DNA of 64,000 nt from Piromyces finnis finn. Its lineage: Eukaryota; Fungi; Neocallimastigomycota. The first letter of the stretch is position 1. Every line of letters starts with the position of its first letter. Below the pieces are notes generated by a model. That model made no database searches and was not told where the DNA came from. It was given only the letters and a program-made list of their open reading frames with translations. This document shows positions 56,526 to 64,000 of this stretch, piece after piece. The position numbers were made by a program, and so were the translations under genes. Location: contig MCFH01000002.1 of NCBI GenBank assembly GCA_002104945.1, forward strand, positions 434,001 through 498,000, read 5' to 3'.

Positions 56526-56751
56526 CCCTCTTGGGAACGTGCCTTCATTTATTTAATAAATGGAATTTCTCAAGGGGGTCTACTCATGCTCATGGTACTG
56601 AGAGAGTAGAAAGAATTAAATCCAAGTATTGCGAAATGGATGCTTGGTTAGTCTTTAAGGGAAAACTATTAGGACTAAGCTCATGGTACTGAGCGATTAA
56701 AAAACATTTTATTCATCGAATTTAAGTATTTGATGAATAAGTTGAATGTTT
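56526..56751 (+). ncRNA. Candidate structured 5'-leader RNA (series of hairpins including the conserved triple-hairpin motif, copy 2)
   Basis: Stems CCCTCTTGGGAA/TTTCTCAAGGGGG, CTACTC/GAGTAG, CCAAGTA/TGCTTGG, TTAGTCTT/AGGACTAA, GCTCA/TGAGC and AAACATT-TTATTCATC/GATGAATAA-AATGTTT, read by eye. Confidence 0.5.
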
Positions 56752-57292
56752 GATATTCAGGTAAGTTTGTATAGTATTTAATTAGAAGAGTAATACATTT
56801 TGTTGCTGTATTTTTTCTTTTATTCATGTATTCATGTAGTACTACTCTTCTCTTGTAAGAATCCAATGTAGTCAACTTTAGCATTTGCATTGTATTTTTA
56901 TATTCATGTAGCTATTGTTGTATTGTTTCTTGTAAGAGACTGATTCACTCTACATCATGTAAAAATACTATTCACAAGCTTTCTGGTGTTGACATTCTTG
57001 ATTCAAATTTTTTTACCAATTTAAATATTTAATGAAAAGTAAAGTCAAACAAGTTTAGTGTCAAAAAGCGAATTGAATTTACTAACAACAAACCAAAACT
57101 AGAATTTTTAAAGAAAATTTACAACTAGAATTCAAAAAAAGAAACTTTAAACAAAGCATCGTAACAATTTTTGTACTATCCAGTACTTTTAAGAAGAGAG
57201 AGAGAGACAGATTTTTTTCCATATACGTTATATTTATATTTTTTATTAGTATTTATTTTATATTCAATATTTTTTAATTAGAATTTATTATC

Positions 57293-60200
57293 ATGTCAGT
57301 CCTTTATATTAAAGATAAGAATTATATCAGACGTGGTACCCGGTCTTATGGTATCCCCTTAGATGATATTCGCTCCTTCTTTATCCGTGGTATTCGATCA
57401 TGGTAAGTAATTATGCTATGGGAAAAACTCGAGGTTATTCTAGAAGATAAATTTAATTCAGTTATTAGTGTTAAATATTTTCAGACTTTCAATGATCACT
57501 TTTTCTTAGTCAAGGTTCATGGTTCATCGAAAGATTGTATTAAAATCTTACACATATTAAAGAAGAAACTTTCAGTTACCTCAATTTCCTTTTCAGCTCG
57601 TAGTAGAAGGAATCACAAATACACTTTTTCCACACTCAAACGTAAAATTTTAGTTTCTAATAAACATCAACATTCTATTCAACAATCATTTCAACAATCA
57701 GTTCAACAATCTCATCAACAATCCGATCTTCAACAAGATCTTCAACAAGTTTTCCATCATGAAAATATTCCAGATCTACAGCAAACACAATTTCAATCTC
57801 AACATTCAACAATTAATTCTAATAGTTCTATCAACTCTGATAACAGTTCAATAGTTGATAGTTCTTCAGTTTCACAGCCATCTAGTAATAGTTCTACTTA
57901 TTCCTCTGATGCATCATCCATTAATAACGATGACTTTAATAATAATAATAATAGCAACGATTCTTCCTCATCCAACAAGCCTGATAACTTTTCTTTTTGT
58001 CTTAGTTGGAACACCAATGGGTGGAATCACGAAAAGAGAGATAGTATTAGCTATTTCACAGTTATTTTCAAACCATTATTTTTATGTTTCCAAGAAACTG
58101 GTAATGGTTCTGGTTCGAATACAGATTATCCTTGTCGTGTTACTTTGCGAAACTATAGACACTTTTTCAAGAAAGCTGATGAATCAGTTCCTGGAATGAG
58201 AGGTTTATATTTAGGTTTTCACAATTCGTGTCAAGCCTCACTTGAAAACTTCTCTGGAAAGTATATTATTTCTATTTATACTTTTAGTCTTTGGAATAGA
58301 TTCAAATGCTCGATTGGAAATGTTTATATGCCTCATAGTCATCACAACATCTATGTTGATCATGCAAAGTTAGAAGTTCGCTTGTGGTTACAAACTCATT
58401 CATCCCATCCATCGATTCTTGTTGGTGATTTTAATATGTCTAAAGTTAAATTATCCAACTGGTTATCAACTAATGGATTAGGAGATTGGGAAATTCTTCC
58501 GCTTAGAGGGTCGACTATCTCTTGGACTCGAGGTGATCAATCTTCCGACATTGACCATGCTCTTATCAATTCGAAGATGAAAGATCTTATTCACTCAGGA
58601 TCATTTATAAATAATTTTTATCCTGTATCAGACCATAAGCCACTTCTTATTAATGGTAAAATTATTCCTATGGAAGATTTTTCTAATGACTTTAATGTTC
58701 CTAAGAAAATTCTGAAATGGAATAGATTAAAATGTATTGAGGAAAAGGAATCTATTCTTAGTCATAATAAATTCCAAATTCTTTCAGCAAAATTCAACGA
58801 TCCTAATGTTTCTACAGATGAACTTTCCAAAGAATTTACTTCAACTGCTTTTTCAATTGCAGACGAGCTCAGTATTACTTCAGCAAATAATGTTATAAAG
58901 TCTTCATTTCATATTTCACAACAAATTTTTAATCTTCAAAGAATCAAAATGAAGTTGTATAAGAGATTTAAAAAAGAAAGAATTTATGATATAGATGAAT
59001 TTATTAAAAGAATTAAAATCTACCGTAAGCTCATTGATTACATCCATAAAAGATGTAATGAATTTAGGAAGCAAGAATATCTTCATTGGATTAAAACAGG
59101 ATGTGAGTATATGAAGAGTCATAATCCTAAGAAGGCCTGGAAATGGATCAAGAAAACTGCAAAAATTGGAAAAGATTCTTTCTTTATTGCTCAACCAATT
59201 AAAAATAAAAATGGAGAATTAGTTGTTGCTACGGAAGAACAACTTGAAGTGTGGCATGATCATTTCGAAAACCTTGCATCAGATCCAAGTGGTGTAAGCC
59301 TTGATTTGGAGCATTGGTATGAAGAACCAACGAATAAACGTTTTTCACTTCCTATGCTTGATGAATGGGATATCAACCAAGATATTAGTATTGATGAAGT
59401 CAAGTCAGCTATCCTCTCTACTCCAAATTATAAAGCATCAGGTCCGGATGGTATTCCAATTGAATTTTACAAAGCATTAATTCCATCAAGTAATGATTCT
59501 AATAATGCTACAGGTAATAATTCTTCCGGTAATACCACTTCAGATAATGATGCTCATGGTTTAAATTTTATTCTTAAATTATTCAACCGTATTTGGGATG
59601 GAGACTTTCCCAACTCATGGAATGAATCCAGTATTGTTTCTATTCCTAAGAAGGGAGATTTGACAGATTGGGATAACTATCGAGGTATATCACTTATCAA
59701 TAATGGTATTAAGTTGATTTCCAAAATTGTCACCACTAGAATCTCAGAATATGGTTTAAAGAATAATTTCATTAGACCTGAACAATTTGGTTTTCGAAAA
59801 AAGGAAGAAAGTATCAGTCTTTTCATTTCAATCCAAGAAATATGCCGTAGACGTCAATTAGATAATAAAGAGACATATTTGGCCTTTTTAGATCTCAGGA
59901 AAGCATACGATTCAGTCCCAATCGGTAATATTCTCCATAAATTAGATTGTTTAGGAATCCGAGGTAAGAGTTTACAATTCATCAAAAATTTATATTTAAC
60001 ATCTAAGGCTAATGTCAAATTAGATGGACAATTCTCGAAATCTTTTGATGTGAAGAAAGGAGTCCGTCAAGGATGCCCTCTTTCTCCTATTCTCTTTAAT
60101 CTCTTTATTAATGATATATTTAAAGAGTGCGAAGATCTAGGAGTCAGTTTAGGTGACACTCAATGCTGTGGTGGACTTTTTGCAGATGATATAGTTATTT

Positions 60201-61826
60201 GTGCTCCAACAAGAGGATGCTTAAAAAAGATGCTTAGAAGAGTTAATGAATGGGCCTTGTATAATGAAATGGAATTTGGTATCCAGAAATGTTCAACGAT
60301 GGTGATTCGTCCTGAATCAATAGAAAATCAGATCAAGAGAGATCCAACATTTTACTTAGCAGGACAACCCATTCCAACTACTGATTGTTATACTTATCTT
60401 GGTGTTCCATTTGATAAGAATCTGTCCCCTGTCCCTTAAACCAGTTATTAAAACTCTTAATAACAAAGTTTTGAAAGGACTTTTTTCAGTCAGTAAATTC
60501 TTAAGAAATCCTAATATTCCTATTCCCTTCAAAAAGCTAGTACTTAACTCACAAGTGATTAGCAGAGTTTCATACTTTGCACCATTACTTGGATCCAACA
60601 AAGCTAGGTCTAGGATTGCTCAGAAGCATGTTAACAAAGGAATACGATGGGTTGCCGGAGTTCATAAAGCTGTATCGTTTATATCTTTATACTCTATTTC
60701 AAAAGATTTGAATATTCCTCCATTGTCAGCCAAATGTGCGTTAGCTCAGGTTAGATGTTTTAACAAATGGAAAAACTCAAATTGTATTATCTCACACCTT
60801 GTCAATTACATTCCTAAATTTAGAAAATACACGTGGTGCAAATCAAGTAGGACACTTGATAAAAAACTAAAGAAACATGGAGATGTTAAAGCAGTTAAAA
60901 ACTTTTATTGGAAAGATCTCAAAGGGAATTCAATCAAAGCGCAATATTATGATGATAATAAATTTATTGAAACTAAAGATTTTATTAAATTATGTTATGA
61001 GTACCCAGAGTTTGCCTATGGCTTCTACTGGCTATTGAAAGCAAGAAGCGGATACAAGTTGGATGCTAGAGTTGCCAAAGCTGCTAAATTTGTTGATCCA
61101 GTTTGTCCTAACTACTGTCCATGTTGCAAGTGTGGAGATCAAAGTATTAAACATTGGTTATTAGATTGTCCAACATTTAGAGATATCCGTATTAAACATT
61201 ATGATTCCATAGTCCAGCTATTAAATTTTTTCAGTCAACGTAATTCCAATAGTCCTATCAATAATAATGAAATTGATAATATCAGTAGAGATAGTAATAA
61301 CATTAATAGTAATAGTAACAATAGTAGTAATAACAATAGTAATAGTAACAATAGTAATAATAATAATAGTAGTAATAGAAATAGTAATAATAACAATAAT
61401 AGAAATAATAATATTAGTAATGATAGCAATAGTGAAGATAATAATTCTAATTTAGATAGTAATTTAGTTAATGATAGTAATAGTTCTAATAATCCGGTGA
61501 ATATTAATGTGTATGATTATTCTAGTGTGTGCAGTAAAATATTTAAATTCCTTCTTGGGGGAAGAAGTTTTAACAATATTAATTACAATTCAAGGGAATG
61601 GAAAGAACTTTGTAAGCGTCAGATTCAATCTGGTACTAACGAAGGAACACCATTCTTGACGGTAACCGCGGAACTTCTAACCAAAATCATGCCTTTTGCT
61701 ATTGGCCAGCAATGGTCAATGTTCAAAAGGTTTGAAGCAACATCCAAGAGCGTCAATGCTGAAGAAACAGTAAGACAGGCCAGGAGGGCCAGCGCAACCA
61801 ATGGAGATCATAATTTTGTTCCATGA
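57293..61826 (+). pseudogene. Retrotransposon polyprotein: N-terminal domain, low-complexity linker, AP endonuclease, reverse transcriptase, CCHC Zn knuckle
   Basis: APE: SWNTNGW, CFQETG, GNVYMP, GDFN, IDHAL, SDHKP. RT: GPDGIP, YRGISL, QFGFR, FLDLRKAYDSV, GVRQGCPLSPILFN, LFADD, YTYLGV. Zn knuckle CPCCKCGDQSIKHWLLDCP. In-frame ATG at 57293 with TAA at 57404; ORFs 57413-60439 and 60399-61826 are joined by removing a 7-bp duplication. Confidence 0.9.
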
Positions 61827-62063
61827 CAAAATTTTGATCTTTGGCTCGGTGTCCCATTGGAAGTCAAATACAATTATTATACTTTAGTATGATAGTGGCT
61901 TTCTTACTTTAATTAAAATTACTAGAATACATTATACCCAATTTTTATTCATTTGTGTTTATTTAAACATATTTTTTTTTATTTTTATTTTAATTTTAAT
62001 TTTTTTATTACATGTATTATAATTTTAATTAAATTAATAATAAAGTTTAAAATATTTGATGCC

Positions 62064-62117
<54 letters not shown>

Positions 62118-62119
<2 letters not shown>

Positions 62120-62129
62120 TACTATTGTA
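62118..62129 (+). repeat. Right target-site duplication TGTACTATTGTA
   Basis: Matches 56514-56525 exactly. Confidence 0.9.
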
Positions 62130-62922
62130 ATTTTTTTTCAATTTATTGTACCTAATACACACAACAACCAAGTACATTTTACAATATTCCTATAAATTAA
62201 GGAAAATTAGTTTTATTATTTATTATAAATATTTACTTTAAATAAACAATTATATTAAGGGTAGAAATTATCATTATTATTAAGCTGTTTGTATTTCGTT
62301 ATATTTTTTTACATAAAGTAAATTTTAATGTAAAATACTAAAGATAAAAAAAAAAAAGGTGATTAAAAAGTTTTTACAAAAAAAAAAAAAATATATTGAA
62401 TATTGACGAATTATCATCATCAAATAAAATTCATTCTACAATTCGATTAATATAAACATATATATATGTTAATTATACATTAATTAAATTAAATAAATTA
62501 TTAATTATTATTCATTGAGAAATTATATATAGATAAAAAAATCATGTGTAAAAAGTGATAGAATATTAATCCTCATACAACAAAAATAAAATAAAAATTA
62601 AAAAAAAAATAAAGTGGTCAAAAAAATAACCTATAATTTTTATTTTGAATGATATTATTATCAAATCTTAATTATAATAGTATGAAAAAAATAAGCTGAT
62701 TAAATTCATTTAATAACTAATTAATACCATATTAAATAATAAATAATATAAATATAAAAATCATTAAAAAAAAAAATAAAATAAATAACCAAATAAATAA
62801 ATTAATAAATTATTTATTTGTGAATTTGTCAATTATTCAATATCTCAGAATTATTTAATATATATTATTAGTTATAATTTAAAATTTAAAATAAAAATAA
62901 AATAAAATAAAATAAAACAAAA

Positions 62923-64000
62923 ATGAGCAACGAATTATCAAATTTACAAAATACTCTATCGGGTGCAGTTACTGGATTTTTAAGTGGTGTATTGACAGCA
63001 CCACTTGATGTATTAAAAATTAGAATGCAGGTAATTACAACATAATTTATATCAAAAAATTAGTAATTATTCATAAATGTATATAAAATGAATTATTTTA
63101 TTTTATTAATTTTAAAATTTTGATAAATTTTCATAATTTTTATTATTATATTAATAATATTAAATATCTGTAATTAGCTTCAAAAATCTACAAATGGAGG
63201 AGTATTAAAATATAATCACATACTGAAAAGTATAATAAGGATTTGTAGAGAAGAAGGAATTAAAGTAAGTAATCTTAAAAAATAATAATAAATAGCATTT
63301 ATTTTTGAACCTATTATTGATTTAATTTCTACATGAAATATATTTTAATTTAGGCTTTATGGAAAGGTAATATCGCAGCACAATATCTTTCAATATCATA
63401 CGGTGCTGTTCAATTCTATATATACGAGCAATCTATGAAGGGCTTTAATAAATTGGTATTTTTTTTCTATCTCGATAAATTAATTATTAATAAAATTTAA
63501 TTAATAAATTTGTAATAAATAAAATTTATTTTGAAATATATTATTTACTTTAATCAGAGAGATGAAAAGAAATATCCAATTCCATATGGAGTTCAAAATT
63601 TTGTTTCTGGTGCTATCTCAGGAGCTAATGCTGTTATAGCAACATATCGTAAATAGATTATGCATATATATATTTTTTCGAAAAAAAAATATTTAATTAA
63701 AATGAATATTTCTATATATTATTTCTACAGCATTTGATTTTTTAAGAACAAGATTCGCAACACAAGGAAATATTCATTTATACAGAAATATCCCACAAGC
63801 TACATATTTAGTAATTAAAAATGAAGGTATAAAATCCTTATACAAAGGTGTTGTACCATCAGTAGTATCTATCATACCATATATTGGTACTTCTTTCCAA
63901 ACACATTCAGTTGCACTGGATTATATTAATAGATTTACCGTAAGTAATTTATATCACGTTTTTAAATAAACATATATTTCTCTTTTAATATGATTTTTTT
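62923..64000 (+). CDS. TPC1: Mitochondrial-carrier family protein, thiamine pyrophosphate carrier-like (partial, runs off window)
   Basis: TAPLDVLKIRMQLQ, EEGIKALWKGNIAAQYLSISYGAVQF, TYPFDFLRTRFATQG, EGIKSLYKG (PxD/ExxK/R carrier signatures; motifs typical of TPC1/SLC25A19). Confidence 0.78.

Larger units (their letters stand above)
56526..62117 (+). mobile_element. Full-length APE-type non-LTR retrotransposon (~5.6 kb), apparently inactivated
   Basis: 12-bp TSD, 51-nt poly(A) at 62067-62117, ~770-nt structured 5' leader, and one long pol-like reading frame (APE, RT, CCHC) broken by a stop at 57404 and a frameshift at ~60429. Clade not assigned. Confidence 0.93.

Noticed and set aside
56676-56696. 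TAAGCTCATGGTACTGAGC resembles a tRNA D-arm / Pol III A-box
   Set aside because: No B-box (GTTCRA) at a suitable distance in either copy and no cloverleaf; not called as a tRNA or tRNA-derived SINE head.
56641-56696. GCTTGGTTAGT and CTAAGC..CGAGTAG words recall 5S rRNA
   Set aside because: Matches are short and out of order, and the overall fold is not 5S-like.
56526-56700. Assignment of the leader to a known ribozyme or TPP riboswitch
   Set aside because: Core nucleotides for hammerhead, HDV-like, twister, twister-sister, pistol, hatchet, hairpin and TPP aptamers could not be placed on either strand.
26765-64000. Thiamine-related gene clustering (YjbQ and TPC1)
   Set aside because: The genes are 35 kb apart with unrelated genes between; YjbQ thiamine activity is only a secondary activity reported in bacteria.

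Overview
Very AT-rich, intron-rich eukaryotic DNA, most consistent with an anaerobic gut fungus (Neocallimastigomycota; inferred from composition, short GT-AG introns and gene families). Housekeeping genes: class II myosin, POL32, a DUF726/TMCO4-like protein, a YjbQ/UPF0047 protein, VPS8, an AMO1/NUP42-like CCCH-FG nucleoporin, importin-7 (NMD5/SXM1-like) and a partial TPC1-like carrier. Also present: a head-to-head pair of ~1000-aa ankyrin paralogues with a decayed ankyrin fragment, an unassigned putative Zn-binding nuclear protein, and a decayed-gene interval at ~31-36.5 kb. There are two APE-type non-LTR retrotransposons. One is full length (56526-62117, 12-bp TSD, 51-nt poly(A), two coding lesions); the other is divergent and retains only its 5' half (~28.2-30.9 kb). 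The strongest lead: although their endonucleases are only roughly 40% identical (by eye), both elements carry a 76-nt triple-hairpin motif (72/76 nt identical) in the 5' leader. It matches no ribozyme consensus I could recognise and is a candidate new cis-acting retroelement RNA.
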